A stretch of DNA of 64,000 nucleotides. Origin: an uncultured Pelagibacteraceae bacterium. Its GTDB lineage: Bacteria > Pseudomonadota > Alphaproteobacteria > Pelagibacterales > Pelagibacteraceae. Below the pieces are notes generated by a model. The model ran no database searches, was not told the origin of the DNA, and was given only the letters and a program-made list of their open reading frames with translations. The stretch's first letter is position 1; each line of letters opens with the position of its first letter. Below are positions 52,638-63,336 of the stretch, piece by piece. The translations under genes were made by a program, and so were the position numbers. The stretch spans positions 3,665-67,664 of the forward strand of contig CACEFI010000001.1 of NCBI GenBank assembly GCA_902558795.1, in the 5' to 3' direction.

Positions 52638-53339
52638 TTATTTTTTTTCTTCAGCAGCTTTCTTATCTTCACCTTCTTTTGCTTCACCTTCTGCTGCTGG
52701 TTTTTCACCTTCTGCTGCTGCCTCTGCTCCTGCTTCACCTTCTGCAGCTTCTGCTTCAGCAGGTTTTTCAGGTTCCTTCATTACTGTTGGAGCAGCTAAT
52801 GTTGCAATAACAAAGTCTCTTCCTCTAATTGTCGGAACTACATCGGTCTCTAAGTTTATTGATGATATCTTGAAACTTTCACCAATTTCAACTCCATCTA
52901 GATCTATAACCAGACTTTCAGGAATTTTTTCACTTGGACATCTTAATTCTACTTTTCTTCTTACTATGTTTAAAACTCCACCTCTCTTTAAACCTGGAGA
53001 TTTTTCATGATTAATAAATTGTACAGGCACTTCAATTCGTATTTTAACTCCTGGAACAACTCTTAAAAAATCTACATGTGTGGGTTCATCAGAAATAATA
53101 TGGTATTTAATTTCTCTTGGGAGAACGTTTTGAGGTTTACCATCAACATTTAAAGTAACTATATTGGATAGAAAATTTTCTTTATCAATCAGGGATTTCA
53201 ACAACTTTTTAGAAATAGATATAGTTTCGTTTTGAGCTTCACCGCCATAAATCACTGCCGGTACATTTCCACTATTTCTAAGCGAACTTAGCTGTCCTTT
53301 AGTTTTTGTATTTCTAATGTTTGCGTCTAATGAAATCAT
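52638..53339 (-). CDS. rplY: 50S ribosomal protein L25/Ctc
   Basis: VPAVIYG, HVDF.R, PGLKRGG.L, Ala/Glu-rich tail. Sits in the prs-rplY-pth-ychF block. Confidence 0.95.
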   Translation of the reverse strand: MISLDANIRNTKTKGQLSSLRNSGNVPAVIYGGEAQNETISISKKLLKSLIDKENFLSNIVTLNVDGKPQNVLPREIKYHIISDEPTHVDFLRVVPGVKIRIEVPVQFINHEKSPGLKRGGVLNIVRRKVELRCPSEKIPESLVIDLDGVEIGESFKISSINLETDVVPTIRGRDFVIATLAAPTVMKEPEKPAEAEAAEGEAGAEAAAEGEKPAAEGEAKEGEDKKAAEEKK

Positions 53340-53384
53340 AAAATCATGGGTTTTTAGCGCAAGTTCTTTAATAACTCAAGGTAA

Positions 53385-54317
53385 TTATTTAAATAAATCT
53401 GAAACAGATGTTGAATTAGATATTCTTTTGATTGCTTCTCCCATTAAGCCAGAAATTGGCAGAACCTCAATGTTTTTGGCACCTTTAATTTTATCATTGT
53501 TATCAATCGTATCAGTGATTACCAAATTTTTGATTACAGAATTTTTAATTTTTTTCACAGCCTCACCACTTAATACTCCATGAGTGATATAAACATAAAC
53601 TTCTTTTGCCCCTCTATCTTTAAGTGCTTTTGCAGCGTTTACAATTGTTCCACCTGAGTCAATTATATCATCTACAATTACACAAGTTTTGCCTTCTACA
53701 TCTCCAATCACATTCATTACCTGTGATTGACCTGGTTTTGGTCTTCTTTTATCAACAATTGCTAGCCCAACATTTAAAAGTTTTCCTAAAGCTCTAGCTC
53801 TCTCGGTGCCGCCCACATCAGGAGCAACACAAATGATGTTTTTATTTTTTATCTTTTTTTTAGCATGTCTTGCAAAAATTGGTGTTGCAAATAAGTTATC
53901 AACAGGAATATCAAAAAACCCTTGAATTTGGCCAGCATGTAAATCAACTGTTACAACTCTATCCGCACCAGCTTTGGTAATTAGATTTGATACAAGTTTT
54001 GCGGAGATCGAAGTTCTTGGAACAACTTTTCTATCTTGTCTTGCGTAACCAAAGTATGGAATAACTGCTGTAATATTTTTTGCAGATGATCTTTTCAAAG
54101 CATCAATACAAAGTAGAAGCTCCATAAGATTATCATTAGCAGGTGATGAAACTGATTGAATAATAAAAATACTATTTCCTCTTATATTTTCATTAATCTC
54201 AACATAAATTTCCCCATCAGAAAAATTTCTGATACTTGAATTTACTAATTTAGACTTCAAATATTTTGCAATATTTTTGCTAAGAGGCTTGTTGCTATTA
54301 CCGGATAATAATTTCAT
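53385..54317 (-). CDS. prs: Ribose-phosphate pyrophosphokinase
   Basis: [36 protein letters not shown]. Confidence 0.97.
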   Translation of the reverse strand: MKLLSGNSNKPLSKNIAKYLKSKLVNSSIRNFSDGEIYVEINENIRGNSIFIIQSVSSPANDNLMELLLCIDALKRSSAKNITAVIPYFGYARQDRKVVPRTSISAKLVSNLITKAGADRVVTVDLHAGQIQGFFDIPVDNLFATPIFARHAKKKIKNKNIICVAPDVGGTERARALGKLLNVGLAIVDKRRPKPGQSQVMNVIGDVEGKTCVIVDDIIDSGGTIVNAAKALKDRGAKEVYVYITHGVLSGEAVKKIKNSVIKNLVITDTIDNNDKIKGAKNIEVLPISGLMGEAIKRISNSTSVSDLFK

Positions 54318-54324
54318 TAAAAAC

Positions 54325-55089
54325 CTAATTAAGCATAATTATTGATATATTTCTACCATAATCATTATGATTTAATTTTAAAGCTCTTCTAGCACTGAAA
54401 AATTTATTTTTTATATCAAATGTATCAATATTTAAAACATCAATATTTGTAATCTTAATTTTTTTTAGAGAGCTATATATATAACTAGTTAAATCAAAAT
54501 ATAATTTATTTTTCTTTTTCTTAAAAAATTTATAATTATTTTTATTCTTTTTTATAAATTTTCTCTTAAAATCTTCTTTAACTTCATAATTTTTTTGAGA
54601 AATAGATGGACCTATTACTGCAGTAATATTTTCTAGCTCACAGCCTTTTTTAATCATGAATTTAATTACTTTAGCAACAATACCCTTAAAAGCGCCTTTC
54701 CAACCAGCATGTATTGCGGCAATCATCTTAATTTTATCATCATAAATTAATATTGGAGCACAATCAGCAGTTAAAACAGCGATAGGAATATTTTTTTGAT
54801 CGGTAATAATGGCATCTGCTTTTGGTTTATTTCTATTGTTGTATTTTTTATCAATAAATATGAACTTGTTGCTGTGTATTTGATGAAGCAAAAAGATATT
54901 TTTTGCTTTATTGCAAATTTTTTTTCTTACTACTTGAAGGTTCTTTTTAACATTTATTTTATTATCTAACGAGCCAGGCCCACAATTTAAACTTTTATAA
55001 ATTTTTTTAGAATAACCTCCAATACTGTTAAAAAACCCATGTTTAAGATTTTTAATTTTTGTTAATTTTTTTGATTTAATCAATTTCAA
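54325..55089 (-). CDS. pgeF: PgeF/YfiH family protein
   Basis: [30 protein letters not shown]. Start approximate. Confidence 0.9.
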   Translation of the reverse strand: MKLIKSKKLTKIKNLKHGFFNSIGGYSKKIYKSLNCGPGSLDNKINVKKNLQVVRKKICNKAKNIFLLHQIHSNKFIFIDKKYNNRNKPKADAIITDQKNIPIAVLTADCAPILIYDDKIKMIAAIHAGWKGAFKGIVAKVIKFMIKKGCELENITAVIGPSISQKNYEVKEDFKRKFIKKNKNNYKFFKKKKNKLYFDLTSYIYSSLKKIKITNIDVLNIDTFDIKNKFFSARRALKLNHNDYGRNISIIMLN

Positions 55090-56128
55090 AACCTGTTTTA
55101 AAATTATTTTTATGTTTTTTTATTAACATTACTTTAAATAGCTCGCCCATTTGTTTTTCATCTATAAGACGTCTAATTCTGTAAAATAAGTCTGATTTTT
55201 TTGAGAAAGGTATATTTTCACTTATGATTTCTGCTCTTTGAATAATCCCCATACTAGTTAAAAATTTTTTTTGATTAGTAATTATAAAATTCAAATCATC
55301 AAATTGATCAATAAATCTCTTAAATAAATTAAAGTTAATATTATACGTTATATCAGAGTCCCCAATATCCTCTAGTATGTTAGAATGTTTATGATTTCTA
55401 ATAGCTTGCAGAGTTTCTTCCATCTTTAAATTTAAATAGCCATAATCAATTATTAGTATACCTCCATCATTTTTTTTTATTAAATTAGAAATATCTTTTA
55501 AATATTCAAACGAACTAGGTGAATATTCAATAATTTCTTGATCTTTTGAAATTTCAAAGCCTAGGTCTTTATCGATATCTTTTATATTTATTGGCTGCTC
55601 ATTAAATTTAGCATTTTTTTCATCTTTTAAATTTACAAATCTTTCAACCCAAGATTCATTTCTTTTAAAAAACTGTTTAATTGGTAGTGCGTCAAAAAAT
55701 TCATTTGCTAAAAACACTGTTGGATAAGAATTATTTATTTTTATATCATCTATCCAGGTTATATTTTCAGATTTTAAATTTAATTGTTGTCTTTTTTTTA
55801 AAAATTCACTTTTTTCATGTATTTGAAAATTACAAATATCAAAACATTCTGGAAAATTTTTTAATGTTTCAATAATAACTTTCATCATCTCACCATTTCC
55901 AGCACCTAGTTCTAATAAGTTAAATTTTTTTGGTGATCCAATACTTTTCCAAAAGGTCAATACCCATATAGCAATTATCTCTGAAAAGAGTCTTGTAATA
56001 TTAGGGGCAGTAATAAAATCACCTTCTTTACCAAAGGGATTTTTTTTCATGTAATATCCGTTAACTTTGTCGTAGAGAGCAAAATCTATAAATTGATCTA
56101 AGGGTAAGTCTTTATTATTTGTTTTCAT
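55076..56128 (-). CDS. SAM-dependent methyltransferase, MidA/NDUFAF7 family
   Basis: GYY, GDFITAP, ELGAGNG, ANEFFDALP, IDYG, MGELFKV. Confidence 0.9.
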   Translation of the reverse strand: MKTNNKDLPLDQFIDFALYDKVNGYYMKKNPFGKEGDFITAPNITRLFSEIIAIWVLTFWKSIGSPKKFNLLELGAGNGEMMKVIIETLKNFPECFDICNFQIHEKSEFLKKRQQLNLKSENITWIDDIKINNSYPTVFLANEFFDALPIKQFFKRNESWVERFVNLKDEKNAKFNEQPINIKDIDKDLGFEISKDQEIIEYSPSSFEYLKDISNLIKKNDGGILIIDYGYLNLKMEETLQAIRNHKHSNILEDIGDSDITYNINFNLFKRFIDQFDDLNFIITNQKKFLTSMGIIQRAEIISENIPFSKKSDLFYRIRRLIDEKQMGELFKVMLIKKHKNNFKTGFEID

Positions 56129-56889
56129 TTTTAAGGTAAAAAAGAGTTATACCAATCGAAGCGAACACCAAACTAATTATTTGACCCATAGTTAAATTCA
56201 AAAGCAAGTAACCAATTTGTTCATCTGGCACTCTAAAAAATTCTACAAAGAATCTAAACAAAGAATAAAAAATTAAAAATAATCCCGAAATTAAACCAGG
56301 TTTTTTTAAATAACCTTTATTAAAAAAATAAATTAATATTAGAAATAAAATTAAACCTTCAAGAAATGCTTCATATAATTGAGAGGGGTGTCTCGATAAA
56401 TTGTCTATTTTTATAAAAATAACTGACCAAGGTGCACTTGAAACTGTTCCATAAAGTTCTGAATTTATAAAATTAGCCAACCTTCCAAAAAAGATTCCAA
56501 CTGGTGCTACTAATGACACTTGGTCCAAATAAAAAAAATGAATTTTGATCATTTTTTTTTGCAAAAATATAGCTTGAAGCAATTACACCAAGCAATCCAC
56601 CGTGAAATGACATCCCTCCTTGCCAAATTTTGAAAATATCAAAAATATTATCTAGATAATATGAAAAGTTATAAAATATGATGTAACCTATTCTTCCACC
56701 TAAAATTATTCCAATAATAAGGTAAGCAATATAGTCATCAAATTTTTCATTTATATCTGAGTTTTTGATAAATATTTTTTTGCATAATATCCAACCAATA
56801 ACGATCCCTAAAATGTAAGCTAAAGAATACCATCTAATTTCAAATGACATAATTTGAAATGCGACTGGGTCAAAATTATTGATGAACAT
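56115..56889 (-). pseudogene. lgt: Prolipoprotein diacylglyceryl transferase split by a 1-nt homopolymer frameshift (possibly a sequencing error)
   Basis: 5' frame has IRWY, GGRIGY, IWQGGMSFHGG. 3' frame has GRLANFINSELYG, RHPSQLYE, FFRVPD. Deleting one T from the T8 run (56531-56538) joins them into about 257 aa. Confidence 0.9.
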
Positions 56890-56906
56890 TTTAAATAATA
56901 CTTATA

Positions 56907-57167
56907 ATGTATATCTTAAATATGAAAAATTCTAAATTTATAATTGATAAACTCGGCAAACTTTTTGAACAAGGCATTATTTCCTCGAAAGATCTAAGTT
57001 CAGAGCTCTTTAACATTTTAAAATCTAAAAGAGACGAAATTGTTTTTAAAATGAAACTTGTTAGTAAAGACGAATTTGACGTATTATCCAAACGCGTTGA
57101 AAATTTAGAAAATAAATTAAAAAAATTAGAAACTAAAAAAAAAGCTAAACGGGTAAAGAAATCTTAA
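56907..57167 (+). CDS. UbiK/BMFP-like small coiled-coil protein
   Basis: KMKLVSKDEFDVL..RVE.LE pattern, divergent from lgt. Start may be ATG 56922. Confidence 0.7.
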   Translation: MYILNMKNSKFIIDKLGKLFEQGIISSKDLSSELFNILKSKRDEIVFKMKLVSKDEFDVLSKRVENLENKLKKLETKKKAKRVKKS

Positions 57168-58464
57168 CTCTTAGTCCATTCATTTTAGATTTATTTAGAA
57201 TAATATTTCCGCCGTGCGATCTAATTATATCTGAAGCTATAGACAAACCAAGACCAACACTTGACTTGGCTTCTGCTCTTCCTTTATCGATTTTATAAAA
57301 AGGTTTGAATACGTTTTCATATTCTTTTTCTGAAATTCCAGAACCATCATCATCGATTGTAATCAATAAATTATTATTTTCTTTACTAAGTTTTATTTCA
57401 ACCTTATTTCCATATTTCAATGCATTATCGATTATATTATTTAAACATCGGTTAATTAGATTTTTTCTACCATTAATGTAAATTCTAGGTAGCAAATCTT
57501 TTTGAATATTTTCATTGTCATATTTGTTAACAATTTCTTCTATTAATTCTGATAAGTTAAACATTTCATCTTTTTCAATATAAGACGAGCTTGTAAATTG
57601 AAGATATTCATTAAGCATTTTTTCCATTTCGTTAATATCTTCAGCTAATTTTGTAGCTAAATCTTTATCTTTAATGAAAGCGAGTTGAAGTTTCATCCTC
57701 GTGAGTGGTGTTCTCAAATCATGACTTATGCCAGAAAGCATTTCAGTTCTTTGATTTAAATGTCGAAGTATTCTTTTTCTCATTTTATCAAATTCATGTC
57801 CTGCCTGTCTGATTTCAAGAGCTCCAGATGGTCTAAACTCATCTATTTCTTCACCTTTACCAAATCTTTCTGCAGCTCTTGCAAGGTTAGTAATTGGTCT
57901 AGTCTGATTTTTTAAAAAAATTAGAGAGATTATTATCATTATGATAGCTGGAACAGTAATCCAGAGTGCAAATATTCTTGCTGATGAACTTGTGACTCTA
58001 TCTTTAGGTACTAAAAATTTAAAGTATCCATCTTCATACTTTATTCTTAAGTCAATTAACTCTTTATAGCTAGTTGTGTCAAACCAAAATTTTTCAGGAC
58101 TAAAGATTGATTTTAATTCTCTTCTGAGTGTTCTATCAATAGGACTAAACCATCTTTCTGAATGTTTATTTTCAAAATTTTGGTTATTAATTAATTCTAT
58201 GTTTAGGTCTATAAATAAGGAAAAGAGATTTTTTAATTCATCTTTATTTGTTTTTTCGTTACCATAAACTTCAACAAACAGATTAATTTCGTTAATTAGT
58301 GCTCTTGTCATTCCTTTATTTGTTTTGATCCAGAGACTGTCAAAAAAAACTATGGTTATAACTAATTGAAGAACTAAAACAGGTACAGCTACAATTAGAA
58401 GAGCTCTATAAAATAGTCTTTTAGGAAGTATATCTTTTAAAAAATTACTCAATCCAGAGAACAT
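57145..58464 (-). CDS. EnvZ-like sensor histidine kinase
   Basis: Two TMs, HAMP domain, ISHDLRTPLTR, NIIDNALKY, DDDG.GI, GLGL. Start moved to ATG 58464. Confidence 0.92.
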   Translation of the reverse strand: MFSGLSNFLKDILPKRLFYRALLIVAVPVLVLQLVITIVFFDSLWIKTNKGMTRALINEINLFVEVYGNEKTNKDELKNLFSLFIDLNIELINNQNFENKHSERWFSPIDRTLRRELKSIFSPEKFWFDTTSYKELIDLRIKYEDGYFKFLVPKDRVTSSSARIFALWITVPAIIMIIISLIFLKNQTRPITNLARAAERFGKGEEIDEFRPSGALEIRQAGHEFDKMRKRILRHLNQRTEMLSGISHDLRTPLTRMKLQLAFIKDKDLATKLAEDINEMEKMLNEYLQFTSSSYIEKDEMFNLSELIEEIVNKYDNENIQKDLLPRIYINGRKNLINRCLNNIIDNALKYGNKVEIKLSKENNNLLITIDDDGSGISEKEYENVFKPFYKIDKGRAEAKSSVGLGLSIASDIIRSHGGNIILNKSKMNGLRVKISLPV

Positions 58465-59122
58465 ATCCAGCACCTCTTATTGTTTGTAAAAATTTTGGAT
58501 TCTTAGGATCAATTTCAATTTTTTTTCGTAATCTTGTAATAATTACGTCTATAGATCTTTCTTTATCCACCTCAATTAATTGACCGATATCTTCTCTAGA
58601 AAATGTTTTACCAGGATTGTTAATCATTTTTTCTAAGATTATTTTTTCTGTATTATTAATTTTAAATTCTTTATCATTCTTGAGTATTAAAAGTTTGTTC
58701 AAATCTATTTTAATATTTGCAAGTTCAATAATTCTAACTTGTTCAGTTTTTAAAGTTTTATCTAATATATTTTTAATCCTTAAGATCAATTCTTTTGGCT
58801 CAAATGGTTTTGGTAAATAATCATCAGCTCCAGTCTCTAAACCCTCAACCCTTTCATTTGCTTCTCCTTTAGCAGTCAAAAGTATAATGGGTGTGTCTAA
58901 TTTTTTTTTATGATCTTTGATAAATTCCAATCCATTTTTTCCTGGCATCATTATATCTAAAATTATTAAATCAAATTTTATAATATTAATTTTTTCTGAT
59001 GCATCTTCAGCACTGTTTGCTGTTGTGACTAAAAAATTATTTTCATTTAAGTATTTTTTAACTAATGACCTAATTCCATCATCATCATCAACAACTAAGA
59101 TATGAGCAATAAATTTATCCAT
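58445..59122 (-). CDS. OmpR-family response regulator (PetR-like)
   Basis: LVVDDD, LDIMMP, LLTA, GADDY.PKPF, RSIDV.ITRLR, QTIRG.GY. Confidence 0.93.
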   Translation of the reverse strand: MDKFIAHILVVDDDDGIRSLVKKYLNENNFLVTTANSAEDASEKINIIKFDLIILDIMMPGKNGLEFIKDHKKKLDTPIILLTAKGEANERVEGLETGADDYLPKPFEPKELILRIKNILDKTLKTEQVRIIELANIKIDLNKLLILKNDKEFKINNTEKIILEKMINNPGKTFSREDIGQLIEVDKERSIDVIITRLRKKIEIDPKNPKFLQTIRGAGYVLWIE

Positions 59123-59552
59123 TAATAATTTTACTTAATACATTATCAAAATTAATTACTTCCTCTGACCTTGAATTAAGTAATGCGTTATAAATCCTTT
59201 TTTTTTGTAAATCGAAAATTTCATTGAATATTTTTTTTCCTTTTTCATTCAAAAAAACATGTTTTACTCTTGTATCTTGATTATCTTTTTTAAAAGTTAC
59301 AATTTCTAATTTGATTAAATCTTTCAGAACTCTGTTTAAGCTCTGTTTTGTTACTTTTAATCGTTTTAAAAGCTCAGAAATAGAAATGCCTTGGTACATT
59401 GATAAAAGATGAATAACTTTATGGTGCGCTAGACCAATTGAATATTTATCTAACACTTTTTTTGCATCTGAAAATGTTTCTCTATAGCTTACAAATAATT
59501 TTTCAATTAAATCTTTGAGTTGTTCGTCTTTTAAATATAAAAGTTCTTTCAT
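59115..59552 (-). CDS. MarR-family regulator (PetP-like)
   Basis: GLAHHKVI, L.VTKQSLNRVL..L, LNEKG. Start moved to ATG 59552. ilvE/MarR/OmpR/kinase synteny. Confidence 0.85.
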   Translation of the reverse strand: MKELLYLKDEQLKDLIEKLFVSYRETFSDAKKVLDKYSIGLAHHKVIHLLSMYQGISISELLKRLKVTKQSLNRVLKDLIKLEIVTFKKDNQDTRVKHVFLNEKGKKIFNEIFDLQKKRIYNALLNSRSEEVINFDNVLSKIING

Positions 59553-59554
59553 TA

Positions 59555-59596
59555 TAGGTAAGTTATATTGACATATTAAAGATACAAAGATAATTT
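59555..59596. promoter_or_regulatory. Candidate ilvE -35 (TTGACA) within an imperfect inverted repeat
   Basis: TTGACA at 59568-59573, TAATTT 17 bp later. TAGGTAAG-ttata-TTGACATA imperfect dyad next to the MarR start. Confidence 0.4.
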
Positions 59597-59623
59597 TCAC
59601 GAATAATATAAAAAATTTCATAC

Positions 59624-60505
59624 ATGGTGCCATACGATAAAAGAACTGGAAAAATTTGGTATAATAGTGAACTAGTCGATTGGGCTGATGCTAAAATACA
59701 TGTTTTAAATCATGGACTTCACTATGCTAGCTGTGTCTTTGAGGGTGAACGAGTTTATGATGGTTCGATATTTAAATTAGAAGAACATACTTCAAGACTT
59801 TTTTATTCAGCAAAAAGAATGGGTATGACAATTCCATATTCAGAAAAAGAAATTAATGATGCCTGTAACAAAATCATTTCAGTTCAAAATGTAGAAAATG
59901 GTTATGTGAGACCTACTATTTGGAGAGGTAGCGAAATGATGGCTATTTCTGCGCAACAAACAAAAATTCATGTTGCTATTGCTACTTGGGAATGGGGTTC
60001 ATATTTTGATCCAAAACTTAAAGTGGAGGGAATTAAACTAAATATTTCAAATTGGCGAAGACCTGCTCCAAATACAATTCCATGGGATACAAAAGCCTCA
60101 GGTCTTTATATGATCTGCACTTTGTCAAAACATGAAGCTGAAAAAGAAGGGTATACAGACTCATTAATGTTAGATCATGATGGAAATGTTGCAGAAGCAA
60201 CTGGTGCAAATATTTTTTTCAAAGATAAAAATGGAGAAATTCACACACCTGTTCCAGATTCTTTTTTAGACGGAATTACAAGAAGAACAGTAATTGAGAT
60301 AGCAAAATCCAAAGGTATTAAAGTTCATGAAAGAAAAATAAATCCATCAGAACTTTCAAGTTTTGTTGGATGCTTTCTAACTGGTACAGCAGCAGAGGTT
60401 ACTCCAGTATCGTGTATCGCAGAAAACCAATTTAAAGTATGTGAAACTATAATTGATTTAAACGAAAGTTATCAAGCTTTAGTAAGAAATAAAAAAGCAG
60501 CCTAA
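59624..60505 (+). CDS. ilvE: Branched-chain amino acid aminotransferase
   Basis: HGLHYASCVFEG, YVRP, KASGLY, EATGANIF, LDGITR, TGTAAEVTP. Confidence 0.94.
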   Translation: MVPYDKRTGKIWYNSELVDWADAKIHVLNHGLHYASCVFEGERVYDGSIFKLEEHTSRLFYSAKRMGMTIPYSEKEINDACNKIISVQNVENGYVRPTIWRGSEMMAISAQQTKIHVAIATWEWGSYFDPKLKVEGIKLNISNWRRPAPNTIPWDTKASGLYMICTLSKHEAEKEGYTDSLMLDHDGNVAEATGANIFFKDKNGEIHTPVPDSFLDGITRRTVIEIAKSKGIKVHERKINPSELSSFVGCFLTGTAAEVTPVSCIAENQFKVCETIIDLNESYQALVRNKKAA

Positions 60506-61086
60506 TCTTTATTGTCTTCTGACATTGCGTGATCTATTCCTTTACGCATATAATCATACCCAGTAAAAAGAGTTAAAAACGCAGAAAGCCAAAGAAGTAT
60601 AATTCCAATAGTTTGAGCATTATAATCTTGAAAATTTATAATCTTATTTCCCGTATCTCCTGAAAGTAAAAGACCAATAGAGACCATTTGCAAAACAGTT
60701 TTTAGTTTTGCTAAATTTGATACTGGAAGCTTTATTTTTCCCTTAGCTAAAAACTCCCTTAATCCTGAAATTAATATTTCACGAGTAAGAATGATTATTG
60801 CTGCAATGACCTCATAATTTCTGATGGTGCCATCCATTACCAACAAAATTAACGCTGTAGCAACAATAATTTTATCAGCAATTGGATCTAATAATTCACC
60901 TAATTTAGATTCTTCCCCAAGCATTCGAGCTAACATTCCATCTAAAAAATCAGTAAACGAGGCTACTATAAATAAAATTAATGCAGTTAAATCTCCATAA
61001 AAACCTGGAAGATAAAAAGCTAAGACAAAGAAGGGGACAATTATTATCCGTCCAATCGTCAATATGTTTGGAATTTTTCTAAGCAT
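60502..61086 (-). CDS. pgsA: CDP-diacylglycerol--glycerol-3-phosphate 3-phosphatidyltransferase
   Basis: PNILT..R, TDFLDG.LAR...ES.LG.LLDPIADK, REILISGLRE. Confidence 0.95.
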   Translation of the reverse strand: MLRKIPNILTIGRIIIVPFFVLAFYLPGFYGDLTALILFIVASFTDFLDGMLARMLGEESKLGELLDPIADKIIVATALILLVMDGTIRNYEVIAAIIILTREILISGLREFLAKGKIKLPVSNLAKLKTVLQMVSIGLLLSGDTGNKIINFQDYNAQTIGIILLWLSAFLTLFTGYDYMRKGIDHAMSEDNKD

Positions 61087-61088
61087 AA

Positions 61089-62924
61089 TTATTCGTGAAA
61101 GAAGTTATATATCTTTTTTGCAACTTTTTCCTCAACACCTTCTACAGATTTTATCTCATCAAAACTAGCAGACTCAACAGACCTTGCTGAGCCAAAATGG
61201 TTCAATAAAGCTCTTTTTCTAACAGCACCAATACCATCTATTTGATCTAACAGCGATTTAGATAATCCCTTTGCTCTTTTTGCTCTATGGGAGGTGATCG
61301 CAAATCTATGCGCTTCATCTCTAAGTCTTTGCATAAAGAATAAAGTTGGATCATTTTTTTCAAATTTATAGCTTTTACCATTGTAGAAGAACGTTTCATC
61401 TCCACTATTTCTAAATTTACCTTTTGCAATAGCAATCAAAGGAAGATCATGAAGACCAAGTTCACCAAGTACTTTTTTTGCAGAGGAATATTGTCCTTTT
61501 CCACCATCAATTAATATTAAATCTGGTAATGTTAAATAATTTCCTTTTTCTAAAATTGCTCTTTTAAATCTCCTAGATAAAACTTCCTTCAGCATAGCAA
61601 AATCATCCTGCCCAGCTCCTTTTGTTTTAATATCAAATTTCCGATATCTTTTTTTAACAAAACCCTCGTTACCAAAAGTAACCATTGCCCCAACACTATT
61701 TGTTCCTGAAATGTGACTATTATCATAAACTTCAACTAAATTGATTGTACTTTTTAGATTGAATTTTTTAGCCATACCTTCAAATAAATTTTTGTTATTA
61801 TTTGTTTCATAAAGCTTTCTGTTCAATGACTCCTTTGCATTTTTTTCAGCCATTGCTACAACTTTTGCCTTAGTACCTTTTTTTGCTGTGTTGATCGATA
61901 TTGTGTTACCTTCTTTTTTACTCAAAGTTTCTTCTATTAGTTTTTTATCTTTTATATCAGTGTTGATAATAACTAGTTTAGGTACAGTTTTATTTTCATA
62001 AAATTGCATTAAAAATGAGGACATGATTTCAGAAATATCTTGATCTGGATCATGTTTAGGAAAGTAAGCTTGATTTCCCCAATTTTGTTTTGATCTATAA
62101 AAAAAAACTTGAACACAAGCTTTGCCAGATTCTTTATATCCAGCAATTACATCAGCATCAACTAAGTTGGCTTCATTAATTCTTTGTGAGGATTGAATTA
62201 TATTTAGAGATTTTATTCTATCTCTAAAAATTGAAGCTTTTTCAAAATCAAGTTCATCACTTGCTGCTTCCATTTCTTTAGAAAGATTTTTTTGTATATC
62301 TCTTGATTTACCAGAAACAAATTGAATTGCTTGGTCTACTGTCTTTTTATAATCAGATTTATCAATATAACCCACACAAGGACCTGAGCATCTCTTTATT
62401 TGATAAAGTATGCACGGCCTTTTTCTATTTTTAAAAGTTCCATCATCACAAACTCTTAATTGAAATATTTTTTGAAGCATTTTAATTGTCCAATTAGCGG
62501 TACCTGCAGAGGCAAAAGGGCCAAAGTAAAATCCCTCTTTTTCTTTTTTGCCTCTATGTTTTGTAACTCTTGGCCATTTTTCTTTCTCACCAATAAATAT
62601 GAAAGGAAATGATTTATCGTCTTTAAGTAAAATATTAAATTTTGGCTTATGCTTTTTGATTAAATTAGCCTCTAAAAGTAAGGCTTCACTTTCATTTGCT
62701 GTAGTAGTGATTTCAATTTTAAATGTTTGAGATAGCATTCTCTCTGTACGAATGATGTGATTTTTTTCCGCAACATAACTTTTCAATCTATTGGGTAAGT
62801 TTTTTGCTTTTCCGACATAAAGAATATCATCTTTATGATTGAGCATTCTATAAACACCAGGGCTTTTAGGAATTAGTGGTAGCTCTTTTTTTATTACTTC
62901 TTTGCCAAGTTCAGAGCTTTTCAT
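61089..62924 (-). CDS. uvrC: Excinuclease ABC subunit C
   Basis: [42 protein letters not shown], HhH. Start moved to ATG 62924. Confidence 0.97.
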   Translation of the reverse strand: MKSSELGKEVIKKELPLIPKSPGVYRMLNHKDDILYVGKAKNLPNRLKSYVAEKNHIIRTERMLSQTFKIEITTTANESEALLLEANLIKKHKPKFNILLKDDKSFPFIFIGEKEKWPRVTKHRGKKEKEGFYFGPFASAGTANWTIKMLQKIFQLRVCDDGTFKNRKRPCILYQIKRCSGPCVGYIDKSDYKKTVDQAIQFVSGKSRDIQKNLSKEMEAASDELDFEKASIFRDRIKSLNIIQSSQRINEANLVDADVIAGYKESGKACVQVFFYRSKQNWGNQAYFPKHDPDQDISEIMSSFLMQFYENKTVPKLVIINTDIKDKKLIEETLSKKEGNTISINTAKKGTKAKVVAMAEKNAKESLNRKLYETNNNKNLFEGMAKKFNLKSTINLVEVYDNSHISGTNSVGAMVTFGNEGFVKKRYRKFDIKTKGAGQDDFAMLKEVLSRRFKRAILEKGNYLTLPDLILIDGGKGQYSSAKKVLGELGLHDLPLIAIAKGKFRNSGDETFFYNGKSYKFEKNDPTLFFMQRLRDEAHRFAITSHRAKRAKGLSKSLLDQIDGIGAVRKRALLNHFGSARSVESASFDEIKSVEGVEEKVAKKIYNFFHE

Positions 62925-63336
62925 GACTTCTTTTTTTGGTAATTTGAATACCAACAGAGGTACATTCTTTTAATATCTCAAGTTTTTCAATTTGAAGCAT
63001 TATTTTACCAATACGTTTGTCCTTAAACAAAATATCAAAAACATCTTCTGCCAGAGTTTCCAAGAAGTTGTAGTGCTTATTTTTGGTAAGCTTTTTAATC
63101 AATTTTACAACTTGTCCATAATTCACAATAGATTTGATATCTTTATCACTGGTTGGTTTTTTATCTTCATAATCAATCTCTAAGCTAAATTTGACTTTTT
63201 GAGGCTTTTGTTTTTCAAATTCGTAATATCCAAGTTTTAGGTCTAAGGTTAATTCTTTAATCAGAATTTTTTTTTCGTAATTAAAAAGACTTTTGTTCTT
63301 ATCTAATTTTATAACTTTTAAATTACTTTTTTTCAT
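62911..63336 (-). CDS. folB: Dihydroneopterin aldolase
   Basis: [28 protein letters not shown]. Start moved to ATG 63336. Confidence 0.82.
   Translation of the reverse strand: MKKSNLKVIKLDKNKSLFNYEKKILIKELTLDLKLGYYEFEKQKPQKVKFSLEIDYEDKKPTSDKDIKSIVNYGQVVKLIKKLTKNKHYNFLETLAEDVFDILFKDKRIGKIMLQIEKLEILKECTSVGIQITKKRSHEKL

Noticed and set aside
52640-52780. Repeated CTTCACCTTC/TGCTGC units at the rplY 3' end
   Set aside because: They encode the Ala/Glu/Gly-rich L25/Ctc tail. There is no constant repeat-spacer period, so this is not CRISPR or a VNTR.
53340-53384. Possible structured leader upstream of rplY
   Set aside because: Only 45 bp and no convincing stem-loop by eye.
59553-59633. Extended N-termini in the ORF track (MarR, lspA, DUF3035, atpF, mutY, kinase, uvrC, folB)
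   Set aside because: These longest-ORF starts overlap neighbouring genes. Downstream ATGs fit the family N-termini better.
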